A DNA stretch of 64,000 nucleotides, from NCBI GenBank assembly GCA_017456765.1, contig JAFTIR010000021.1, forward strand, positions 395 through 64,394. The letters are read 5' to 3'. Numbering within the stretch: the first letter of the stretch is position 1; every line of letters begins with the position of its first letter. The DNA is from Clostridia bacterium (GTDB lineage: Bacteria; Bacillota; Clostridia; Oscillospirales; CAG-382). The position numbers were made by a program, and so were the translations under genes. Shown here piece by piece: positions 49,479 to 57,908 of this stretch. The notes beneath the pieces are model-generated. The model was not told where the DNA came from and did no database searches. It saw only the letters and a list, made by a program, of their open reading frames with translations.

Positions 49479-50360
49479 TTACAATGCATCAAACATATCG
49501 GCAAGACGTCGTGCCGATTTTGCAAGGTCGCATATGCCATCCTTAGCTGTCTCGGGCGTGAATTTTGTAAGGTAGGTCGCTGCTTCAAGAGTAAATTCTC
49601 CAGAGTAGTTTATTTCCTTGAGAGCTTTTACAATAGGCTCAAATTCTATATTCATGGAAAAAGGTATCTCGTGATTGTCGTTGAGCTTGTCGTTGTCGTG
49701 TATGTGAAGAGCCTGAAGTCGCGAGCCGAGTTCCTTTACCATTTCTACGGCAGTTGTGTCCGAGCCCTTCATTTCTGCGTGTCCGATGTCAAGACAAGCA
49801 ACAAAATATTCGTCGTTAACAAGGTCGAGATGTTCGTTGAAGCTTTTCGGTGTTGCACAGGAAGCAAAGCAGGAGTGTCCCTTTGCTTTGTCCCAGTCCC
49901 ACATGTTCTCTGTTGCAATTTTTACGCCGTAGCTTTTTGCAAAGGGTAAAATTTCGTTATACATTTCGGCATTGCCTTCTGGACTTATCGTACAGTCGGG
50001 ATGAATAACGCAGATTTTTCCACCTGCTTCAGCGGTACATTCAATAGCTCTTTTAAAATACGACCTGACGTCAGGTACATCACTCGGGTATGGAGCATGA
50101 GACTGATTGCAGTATATTCCATTGTCAAGACCTATATTTTTTAGTTTTCTTGCATATTTAAGATAATCGGGTCCCAAAAGATTTTTATCCCTGTATTCAA
50201 ATATGGGAGTTTTTCCGTTGTCCCAGTTCCACGCAACAACATCAATAAGCTCGGTTATTGAAAAATCCCATGCATCAAAACCAGCCTTTGCTATGTATTC
50301 AACAGCCTTTTCGTGACCAACAAGCTTGTGGAGTGAAGCTGTTTCAGTTGAAATCTTCAT
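49479..50360 (-). CDS. Sugar phosphate isomerase/epimerase (xylose isomerase-like TIM barrel)
   Basis: AGFDAWD, QSHAP, IATENM, CLDIGH, LHIHDN...H, YSGEFTLE metal-binding pattern. Confidence 0.88.
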   Translation of the reverse strand: MKISTETASLHKLVGHEKAVEYIAKAGFDAWDFSITELIDVVAWNWDNGKTPIFEYRDKNLLGPDYLKYARKLKNIGLDNGIYCNQSHAPYPSDVPDVRSYFKRAIECTAEAGGKICVIHPDCTISPEGNAEMYNEILPFAKSYGVKIATENMWDWDKAKGHSCFASCATPKSFNEHLDLVNDEYFVACLDIGHAEMKGSDTTAVEMVKELGSRLQALHIHDNDKLNDNHEIPFSMNIEFEPIVKALKEINYSGEFTLEAATYLTKFTPETAKDGICDLAKSARRLADMFDAL

Positions 50361-50376
50361 ACCAATATCAACCCTT

Positions 50377-53300
50377 TCAGAAGTTTATTGTTTTGAGTAC
50401 GCTATCCGAGAAATCAACCGTATGCTTTGTTATAACTGAGTCTTTTGCAATACAGAATGTAACATTTCCTTTGCCTTGAACAGTCGCTTGGTTACAATTT
50501 ACAGATATTACTTCGCCGTCTTCACTTTCGGGCCATACTGCGACCTTGTTGTTTGTCACAACTTTGATGAGCACCCCGTAAGGAACATCAATGTTGTAAA
50601 TCTTATCAGAAATTCTTAGAGAAGCAACTCTGTTTTCGGTACTTGCATTGTACCAGTCAACAGCAAGAAAATACATATGCTTGTCGCCGTTTTCCTGGGT
50701 GTAGCAACAAAACTCAACATCATTTTTGCATGATGCCCAAACGGTTTCTTGTGCAAGTATTTCGTTAGTAAGTTCTCTTAACCTTTCTCTGTAAGCACTT
50801 TCTATGTCGGCAGGATATCCGTTTGTATCAAAGAGATAAACCGTACCTTTTCCAATGTTGTATTTGCAAACTTCCTTTGTTTCTTTGTTTTCGCCAAAAA
50901 TTTCAGGACAGTAGTCAAACTTCATGTTGCCGCTTCTTACATCAGCTATATTTGTGGTCGATGTAAGATGAGAACGTGTCATGAGCACCTTGCCACCTTT
51001 TTCTACATACTTCAGAAGCTTTTCCTTGTCTTCTTGTGTGAACTTGTTGTAGCCCATAAAAACAAGGAGTTTGTAGTCGTCAAATGTAGACTGTTTTGAT
51101 TCGGCAGGAATGATGTCAACGTTACCATAAGGAGTTCCTGAGTAGAATCCGAGCGGTCTGTCCTTGGGACAATCGTATGTATAAAGAACTTTTCCCGGGT
51201 CTGTAACGGGGTAAAATTCGTTTGCAATGTCCCAGCTTTTTTCTGCAGAGCCGAATGAAGCGAAGGTGTACCAGATTTTATTCTTTCCGAACATTGTGAT
51301 TCCGTCATCTCTGCCATGAATAAGCGCAATGGGGCAGTAGAACTTACCGCTTCTTGTGTGTGAAGAAACATATCTGTAAAAATCGCTTTGCTGCTTCAGG
51401 TGAGCCTTGCACGCTTTGCTGAAACGGTGATGATGTTCGTAACCTTCTTCAAGATGCCAGAGCCCTTCCTCTGTGTTGATGTCTGTTACACCGAGCATGT
51501 AACAGGTGTAGAGAGCAAGTCGGTACCTCTTATAACGTTCAATGCTTTCGTGAGGAGTTGTTGACCACTGAACTGCATTGTGAGCACCAAAACCCTTCAT
51601 GTTTTTGTCCTTGGCAACACCTCTCAGGAATCCTAAAAGAATTTCCATGTTGGAGTACATTGTTTCGGCACTGAGCCACTGAAGTCCGCCTTCAGCAAAA
51701 TACTTGAATGTACAGGCAGGACCTGTGTGGCGTGGGTAAGACTTGCCGAGGATTTCATGAAGCTCGTTTATGACCTTTTTTCGTGCTTCGGAGTAGTCAA
51801 CAAGGGGAACACTCTTTCGTGAAAAGACGATAAGCTTTTCGCCTGAATAGTGAAGTGCTTTTTCGTGACCGCGGATTCCGACATATTTCGGGTTTTCCTT
51901 CCATGTGTAGTACATGTGTTCCTCGCCCTGTTCGTCGGTTATGTTGTTGATGACTCTTTCAATCCAGTAGCATAATGCGCCGTCAACCTCGCCTGCCTGT
52001 CGTCCCAGATAATGCTCGCCTGAAAGCATTTCGTCATCGGGCTGTGCGGCAAGACCCGGAACTTCACGTCCGTCGAGACACAGAGCATACTTGATTTCAA
52101 GCTCGTTCATAAGTCTGACAAAGTATTTTATTACGTCGGGCTTGAGTTCCTTAGTGCCGGCCCAGCGATAGCATGGACGAAGAGATATATAGTTTCCGAC
52201 ACCGTTTTTTATGTACCACATGAGGTATTCTTCGGTTTCTTCCATTTCCTGAGGAATGTAAATCATGTCGGAGGTACCCGTGATGACATTGTCGTTTTCT
52301 TTTATCAGGATGTTTTCTATACAGCCTGTTGTTTCAAAGCCGTCTGAAGAAAGGGTGAACCTGACATTTCGGTCGGGTTTTAAGCATTTTACGGTTATGC
52401 CGTGAAGTCCTTTTTCTTCAAAGAAATATTCATTGCCCGAACAGATGCTGTCGCTGTCGGATGTAAGTTTTACACGAGTGTTTTCTTTAGATGTTCTTAT
52501 AAGAACTCGCGCATTTCCACCGGAGGGAGCATATTCCGAAACAGAAACAATGTCAATGACATCGTCGGGCTGCTCAAGAATTGCAAGCTCGTAGAAAGTG
52601 TAGGGAAGAGGTTCGTGGTAATCGGAAATGAGGAAAAATTCAATTTTGTTTTCCTTTTTTAAGAGATGCGTTGGCAATAGCTTTTCCCACTCTGCAAATC
52701 GGTGAACCCTTTCAAAAATTTCACCTTCGAAAATTTTTTCTCCATTTAGCTTTATAATAAATTCGGGAAGCTCTTTTCTGCTGATAAACTGACCTGTCCA
52801 GTCAAACAGAGTCATGCCCGAAATGGGTTCGGCAAATGATGGGAGCATATTATGAATACCACATGATAGCTCAGGGTGTTCAATGTAGCATTTTCCCGTG
52901 TAGTTTCTGCCTTCAATAAATACGCATACGCATGCAGTGTCAAGAGGAATGTTGATTTCTTCAAGCAAATCTTTGTAGTCGTAAGTGCCCTCGGGAATGC
53001 TGATGATATATGTCTTGTCTGATGGAACTGTTACGTCTCGTCTGCTGACACCCTCACGCTTGAGACGGATTTCAAGACGCATCTGCACAAATCCGCCCTC
53101 GTTTATAGTAAGGTTTTCGGATTTGACTCTGAGTCCGGCTTTCCATGTTTCAAGAAGAGGCACAACAGGAATATATACGGCTTCGGGTTCCCACAGTACC
53201 TTTTTGTATACTCTTTTTATGTAATTAAAAGGTTTTTTAGCTGAAAAATCAAGACAGTATCTGTCAATGCCGGCTTCTTCATGGTTGAGACCATCTGTAA

Positions 53301-53490
53301 TGTCTCTATAAATGTATCTTCCGTCAGGCTCGTCCTTCCACCAGTAAAACTGTGATGTTTCGCCGACTGCAAAAATTTTATAGCGCTTTCCTTTTTTTAC
53401 ATCAAGAGAAAAATCAAACGCCGCACCGTCTTTTTTGGGACGTATGGTTATACCTTTTTCATCATTGTATATGCCAAAATATTTTTCCAT
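50377..53490 (-). CDS. Large hypothetical protein, possible glycoside hydrolase
   Basis: 1037-aa ORF with GGGGGTGA RBS; C-terminal YKLLVFMG...LLKYVEKGGKVLM resembles GH42-type trimerization domains; co-oriented with sugar isomerase genes. Confidence 0.6.
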   Translation of the reverse strand: MEKYFGIYNDEKGITIRPKKDGAAFDFSLDVKKGKRYKIFAVGETSQFYWWKDEPDGRYIYRDITDGLNHEEAGIDRYCLDFSAKKPFNYIKRVYKKVLWEPEAVYIPVVPLLETWKAGLRVKSENLTINEGGFVQMRLEIRLKREGVSRRDVTVPSDKTYIISIPEGTYDYKDLLEEINIPLDTACVCVFIEGRNYTGKCYIEHPELSCGIHNMLPSFAEPISGMTLFDWTGQFISRKELPEFIIKLNGEKIFEGEIFERVHRFAEWEKLLPTHLLKKENKIEFFLISDYHEPLPYTFYELAILEQPDDVIDIVSVSEYAPSGGNARVLIRTSKENTRVKLTSDSDSICSGNEYFFEEKGLHGITVKCLKPDRNVRFTLSSDGFETTGCIENILIKENDNVITGTSDMIYIPQEMEETEEYLMWYIKNGVGNYISLRPCYRWAGTKELKPDVIKYFVRLMNELEIKYALCLDGREVPGLAAQPDDEMLSGEHYLGRQAGEVDGALCYWIERVINNITDEQGEEHMYYTWKENPKYVGIRGHEKALHYSGEKLIVFSRKSVPLVDYSEARKKVINELHEILGKSYPRHTGPACTFKYFAEGGLQWLSAETMYSNMEILLGFLRGVAKDKNMKGFGAHNAVQWSTTPHESIERYKRYRLALYTCYMLGVTDINTEEGLWHLEEGYEHHHRFSKACKAHLKQQSDFYRYVSSHTRSGKFYCPIALIHGRDDGITMFGKNKIWYTFASFGSAEKSWDIANEFYPVTDPGKVLYTYDCPKDRPLGFYSGTPYGNVDIIPAESKQSTFDDYKLLVFMGYNKFTQEDKEKLLKYVEKGGKVLMTRSHLTSTTNIADVRSGNMKFDYCPEIFGENKETKEVCKYNIGKGTVYLFDTNGYPADIESAYRERLRELTNEILAQETVWASCKNDVEFCCYTQENGDKHMYFLAVDWYNASTENRVASLRISDKIYNIDVPYGVLIKVVTNNKVAVWPESEDGEVISVNCNQATVQGKGNVTFCIAKDSVITKHTVDFSDSVLKTINF

Positions 53491-53581
53491 GTTGTCACCC
53501 CCAAGTTAAAATAACAACCAATATATATTTACAGCAATTATATATTACGGCTTAATAAATGTCAATAACGAATTTAAATTT

Positions 53582-54553
53582 CTATGCCTCTGAAACTATA
53601 ATTTCAAAGCAGTCGCTTTCAGACACTACAACAAATCCCTCGCATGCCTTTGGAATAAGGTAAGAATCTCCCTTTTTGATTTCATAATCCTCACCGCCGC
53701 AGGAAATTTTTCCCATGCCGTCAAGACAGATAATGCTCTTCATGCTGCCTTCTTCAAAATATGCACTTTTGCCTTGTGCAAGATTGTATTTTATAACGCT
53801 GAAAAGCTCGCACTTGCAGAGAATTTCACATCTTTCTCCATCCTTTTCGGAAACAACCTTGCCCGAAACAAAATCATCGGGAAACTGTGTTTTGATAACC
53901 TCTGAAGCCTTTTCTATATGAAGCTCTCTCTTTTTGCCGTCCTTTCCCACTCTGTCGTAGTCGTAAAGACGGTAGGTGGTGTTGGAATTCTGCTGGATTT
54001 CAGCAATTACAATTCCGTCGCCTATTGCGTGAACAAGACCTGCAGGGATAAAGAAGCAGTCGCCCTTGTGAACATCGGCATAATTTAACATTTCCGAAAG
54101 AGAGCCGTCGTTGTTCGCCTTTTCGATTTCACTGAAGGTCGGTGCTTTCTCGCCCTTTAGACCGTAAACGAGCTTTGCACCCTCTTTGCAGTCCACAATG
54201 TACCACATTTCTGTCTTTCCTGCATCAAGACCGTTTGCCTTTGCGTAGGCATCGTCGGGATGTACCTGTACAGAAAGTCTGTCGTTTGCGTCAATAAATT
54301 TTATAAGCAGGGGGAAGGCATCAAAATCTCCGCAGACGTTCTCTATACCGTTTTCGTTTATGTAGTCGCCAAGGGTTTTGCCCGAAAAGAACCCATTTTC
54401 GATGATGTTTTCTCCATCGGGACGGCTTGTTGTAAGCCAGGCTTCTGCAATGTTTTCGTCATTACTTTCAAAGCCGAAATGTTCTTTTAAGTAGTTTCCG
54501 CCCCATATGATTGACTTTGTGACGGGCGCGAGTTTTAGTGGATAAAATTTCAT
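53582..54553 (-). CDS. manA: Mannose-6-phosphate isomerase, class I
   Basis: IWGG, AEAW, FPLLIKFIDANDRLSVQVHPDD, GKTEMWY, HAIG, EIQQNSNTTYRLYDY. Confidence 0.93.
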   Translation of the reverse strand: MKFYPLKLAPVTKSIIWGGNYLKEHFGFESNDENIAEAWLTTSRPDGENIIENGFFSGKTLGDYINENGIENVCGDFDAFPLLIKFIDANDRLSVQVHPDDAYAKANGLDAGKTEMWYIVDCKEGAKLVYGLKGEKAPTFSEIEKANNDGSLSEMLNYADVHKGDCFFIPAGLVHAIGDGIVIAEIQQNSNTTYRLYDYDRVGKDGKKRELHIEKASEVIKTQFPDDFVSGKVVSEKDGERCEILCKCELFSVIKYNLAQGKSAYFEEGSMKSIICLDGMGKISCGGEDYEIKKGDSYLIPKACEGFVVVSESDCFEIIVSEA

Positions 54554-54574
54554 AATAAAAAATCTCCTCTGTGT

Positions 54575-54604
54575 GAATTATTTTAGAAGAATCGTTAAAT
54601 ACTA
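54575..54604 (+). promoter_or_regulatory. SigmaG/F-like forespore promoter
   Basis: GAATT (54575-54579), 18 bp, AATACTA (54598-54604); resembles the Bacillus sigmaG consensus GHATR-N18-CATAnTA. Confidence 0.45.
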
Positions 54605-54635
54605 CTTGTACCAAATAAAAAAGGAGTAATGATTT

Positions 54636-54782
54636 ATGTCAAAAAAGAATTCCAAAAATAAGAACGAACAGAACTATTCCGATAAGCAGAACAACTGCCC
54701 TTCAAGCAAGAACGAGAATACGCAGAATCAGAATAAGAACGAAAATAAGAATCAGAATCCTTCTTCAAAAAACGCAAAGTAA
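54636..54782 (+). CDS. Small N/K/Q-rich protein, 48 aa (candidate spore protein)
   Basis: MSKKNSKNKNEQNYSDKQNNCPSSKNENTQNQNKNENKNQNPSSKNAK; RBS AAGGAG at 54621-54626; own terminator; below the ORF-track length cut-off. Confidence 0.7.
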   Translation: MSKKNSKNKNEQNYSDKQNNCPSSKNENTQNQNKNENKNQNPSSKNAK

Positions 54783-54800
54783 ACCATTTTCTCTCTCCTT

Positions 54801-54822
54801 AAAGCCCTCCGGGGCTTTTTTT
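54801..54822 (+). terminator. Intrinsic terminator after small ORF
   Basis: AAAGCCC-TCCG-GGGCTTT followed by a T run. Confidence 0.7.
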
Positions 54823-54969
54823 ATTATACCTTTTTTTTACGTTGTTTTCAATATCTAAAAACAAGTTTTGTAAAATAGTAAATTTTTTGTACACAATATT
54901 AAATTTTTTCAATATTAGAATTGATTTTCATATAAAAGATGGTATCATAAACTTATAGGAGGTAATGTT

Positions 54970-57696
54970 ATGAGAATTACACATGCAGCTGACCCTTTTT
55001 TGAATAAGCAGCCTGAAATTACTTTTACCAAGGAATTGTCAAGTCCCGTTCATGAACAGTGTATGCCGAGATGGAATGAGATTCCTGCCTCAGAGAATGA
55101 GGTTGATTTTTCAAAGGTTAATCTGATTTTTGATTTTGAAGATGAGCTTCTTGAAACTGCGTATGACGATTTCAGAAAGTTTTTGTCGGTTTCACAGGTT
55201 GAAATATGCCCAAATGGCAAAAAAATTCATGTTGTCAAGGGTGAAACCGATTGCTTTGAGGCGTATAGAATAATTGTTGACGAAAGCGGTTGTACAATTG
55301 TCGCTGCCGATACCGAAGGAATAAGACGTGCCCTTGTCTTTGTTGAAGATGAAATGCAAAGGCGCGAGGGAAGTATTCTTAAAATCGGAGAAATCAAGAG
55401 AAAACCACACATAACAGCAAGAATTTCACGCTGTTACTTTACTCCTGCAAGCTGTACCACAAATGAAGAAAAAGAAAATGAACTTAGTGATGATATAGAT
55501 TACTATCCCGACGAATATCTTAATCGCCTTGCTCATGACGGAATAAATGCACTCTGGTTAGGGGCTACACTTCGTTTTCTTGTTAAAAACGACAGAGTTC
55601 CCGAGTATGGCAAGGATGCTGAAAAGAGAATGGCAAAGCTTAAGAGCGTTGTGGCAAAGTGCAGACGTTACGGAATTAAGGTTTACCTTTTTGCTGTTGA
55701 CCCGGCATCAAGCTATGAAAACCCCGATCTTCTCAATCACCCTGAAATTATGGATGACCCTGAGGTTGATTGCGGTATAAGATTCCTTTGCCCGTCAACG
55801 GAAGGGGGAGTAGCTTATATGCGTGAAGCTATTCAGCAGGTGTTCAGAAACATTCCCGACCTTGCAGGTTTTATCAATCTTTCGACCGGTGAATCTCTTT
55901 CGCATTGTGGCTCAAGAGATGTTCTTACATGTAGAAGATGTAAGAAGAATTTTGGTACTCTAGGTAATACGCTTGCATATGCCGAGAAGATTTTTGCCGA
56001 TGCTATTCACGAGGTATCACCAGACGCTGAGTACATAAGCTGGACCTATGGACAGAGATATTGGAATACACCCGATACAATTGATGCCTGCAATTGCCGT
56101 GATAAGATCGTTAAGCACCTTGTAAACTTTGAAGATGGGGCAAAGGTAGAACAGCTCGGAAAAGAACGCATTGCTTATGACTATTGGTTGTCCTTTGCAG
56201 GTCCCGGCGAGCTTTTTAAGACTTGCCTTGAAATCAATAAAAAGCGTTCAATTGATACATGGGCAAAGATTCAGGTTTGCTCATCTCATGAAATATCGAC
56301 AGTTCCCTATGTTCCCGTTCCCGGACTTCTTTACGAAAAGTATAAGTATATGTACGAAAACGGTGTACATGGCGTTATGCAGTGCTGGTTCTTCGGAAAT
56401 TATCCCTGCCTTATGAATAAGGCGGCAGGAGAACTGGCATTTGAGCCATTTTTTAACGATAAGGAGAAGTTTCTTGAGCATCTTGCAGGTATTTATTGGG
56501 GACGTGATGCAAAGCTTGTGGCAAAAGCTTGGGATTTGTTCACAGAGGGCTATAAGAATTTTCCTGTTGGTGTAATGTTTGAGTGGTACGGACCTATGCA
56601 GGATTCGCCTGCCGCCCCACTTCACTTAAAACCCGTTGACAGAACCCTGTCATCCACCTGGCTTCTTAATGAAATGTCAGGCGGTGACAGAATAGGAGAT
56701 TGCCTTCTCAACAGCCATACTATTGATGAGGCTGTAACACTCACAACAGAGCTTGTACGACTCTGGAATCTTGGTTGTGAAGAACTTTCAAAAATCAGCC
56801 TTTTGGACAACAAAAACAGAACTGAACAGATGAATGTCGCAAAGGCGATAGGTCTTATTTTTGAAAGCGGCCGCAATTCATTCAGATTCTATGGACTCAG
56901 AGGTAAGCTTGGTTTGGGTGAAGGGGATGCAAAGTCACTCCTTTCGGAAATGAGAAAAATCGTTGAACGTGAAATTGAAATTTCCACATCACTCGTACCG
57001 CTTTGCCGTAATGATAACAGAATCGGCTATCATTCCGAGGCGCACGGCTTCAAATTCTTCCCTGAAAAACTTGAGTGGAGAGTTGAAAAGCTTCGTGAGC
57101 TTCTTGAAACCGAATTTGTTGAGGTTGAACAAAGGGTTGAAAATGGTCTTGTTCCTCTTGAATATTACTATGGTAAAGAGCCCGGTTCGAGAGTTTATAA
57201 AATAAAGAGTGATAATATTGAAGATGCCGAGTGGATGCCTTTTATCTGTCCTGACGGCACAGAAAGTAAGAATACCTTCCTTAGAATTGCATCATCCTCA
57301 GGTGTAAACACTATTGAATTTTGCGTAAATGGTGCAGATGGAATTCTTTTGCAGCCTGAATTTACAATGTTCTATCTTACAGCACCCATATGGCTACAAA
57401 ACGCAACAGCATCGCTCAGACCAAATATAAAGTTTGCATATGGACTATTTGAGGATAGAGAAGATGAGTGGCTTTCTAAGTTCAAATTCGTTTGCAGAAA
57501 GGACGCAGATAAGTATTATTATGCAATTTCATATAAGCCTGAGGATGTGGGTTCTTCAATAGATAAACCGTTCAGATTCAATGCGAGGCGCGGTCTTTAT
57601 AGCGGTGAAGCTACCGGAAAGGCTGATAATGTTATTCCGAGACTTGGCATAGGCCCTATTGCACCCGAACAGTTTTTATTTGTTATTCCAAAATAA
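54970..57696 (+). CDS. Unclassified glycoside hydrolase-like protein with GH20/GH67-type N-terminal domain
   Basis: 908 aa; EAYRIIVDESGCTIVAADTEGIRRAL matches the hexosaminidase N-terminal domain pattern; shares motifs with 57909-59990; RBS AGGAGG. Confidence 0.6.
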   Translation: MRITHAADPFLNKQPEITFTKELSSPVHEQCMPRWNEIPASENEVDFSKVNLIFDFEDELLETAYDDFRKFLSVSQVEICPNGKKIHVVKGETDCFEAYRIIVDESGCTIVAADTEGIRRALVFVEDEMQRREGSILKIGEIKRKPHITARISRCYFTPASCTTNEEKENELSDDIDYYPDEYLNRLAHDGINALWLGATLRFLVKNDRVPEYGKDAEKRMAKLKSVVAKCRRYGIKVYLFAVDPASSYENPDLLNHPEIMDDPEVDCGIRFLCPSTEGGVAYMREAIQQVFRNIPDLAGFINLSTGESLSHCGSRDVLTCRRCKKNFGTLGNTLAYAEKIFADAIHEVSPDAEYISWTYGQRYWNTPDTIDACNCRDKIVKHLVNFEDGAKVEQLGKERIAYDYWLSFAGPGELFKTCLEINKKRSIDTWAKIQVCSSHEISTVPYVPVPGLLYEKYKYMYENGVHGVMQCWFFGNYPCLMNKAAGELAFEPFFNDKEKFLEHLAGIYWGRDAKLVAKAWDLFTEGYKNFPVGVMFEWYGPMQDSPAAPLHLKPVDRTLSSTWLLNEMSGGDRIGDCLLNSHTIDEAVTLTTELVRLWNLGCEELSKISLLDNKNRTEQMNVAKAIGLIFESGRNSFRFYGLRGKLGLGEGDAKSLLSEMRKIVEREIEISTSLVPLCRNDNRIGYHSEAHGFKFFPEKLEWRVEKLRELLETEFVEVEQRVENGLVPLEYYYGKEPGSRVYKIKSDNIEDAEWMPFICPDGTESKNTFLRIASSSGVNTIEFCVNGADGILLQPEFTMFYLTAPIWLQNATASLRPNIKFAYGLFEDREDEWLSKFKFVCRKDADKYYYAISYKPEDVGSSIDKPFRFNARRGLYSGEATGKADNVIPRLGIGPIAPEQFLFVIPK

Positions 57697-57765
57697 ATTT
57701 TGATATTATTTTACTTGACAAAAAGTGTTTTTTGTGATAATATATCAACGTTGCAAAAAGCACAT

Positions 57766-57850
57766 GCAGGTATGGCGGAATTGGCAGACGCGCTAGATTC
57801 AGGTTCTAGTGGGGCAACTCGTACAGGTTCAAGTCCTGCTACCTGCACCA
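57766..57850 (+). tRNA. tRNA-Leu(CAG)
   Basis: GCAGGTATGGCGGAATTGGCAGACGCG CTAGA-TTCAGGT-TCTAG, long variable arm, GGTTCAAGTCC, ends ACCA; TTGACA at 57715 upstream. Confidence 0.97.
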
Positions 57851-57889
57851 AAAAGCCGCTGATTTCGTTACAGAATCAGCGGCTTTTTT
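57851..57889 (+). terminator. tRNA-Leu terminator
   Basis: AAAAGCCGCTGATT...AATCAGCGGCTTTTTT. Confidence 0.8.
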
Positions 57890-57908
57890 AGTTAAAGGAG
57901 TGTTTTTT

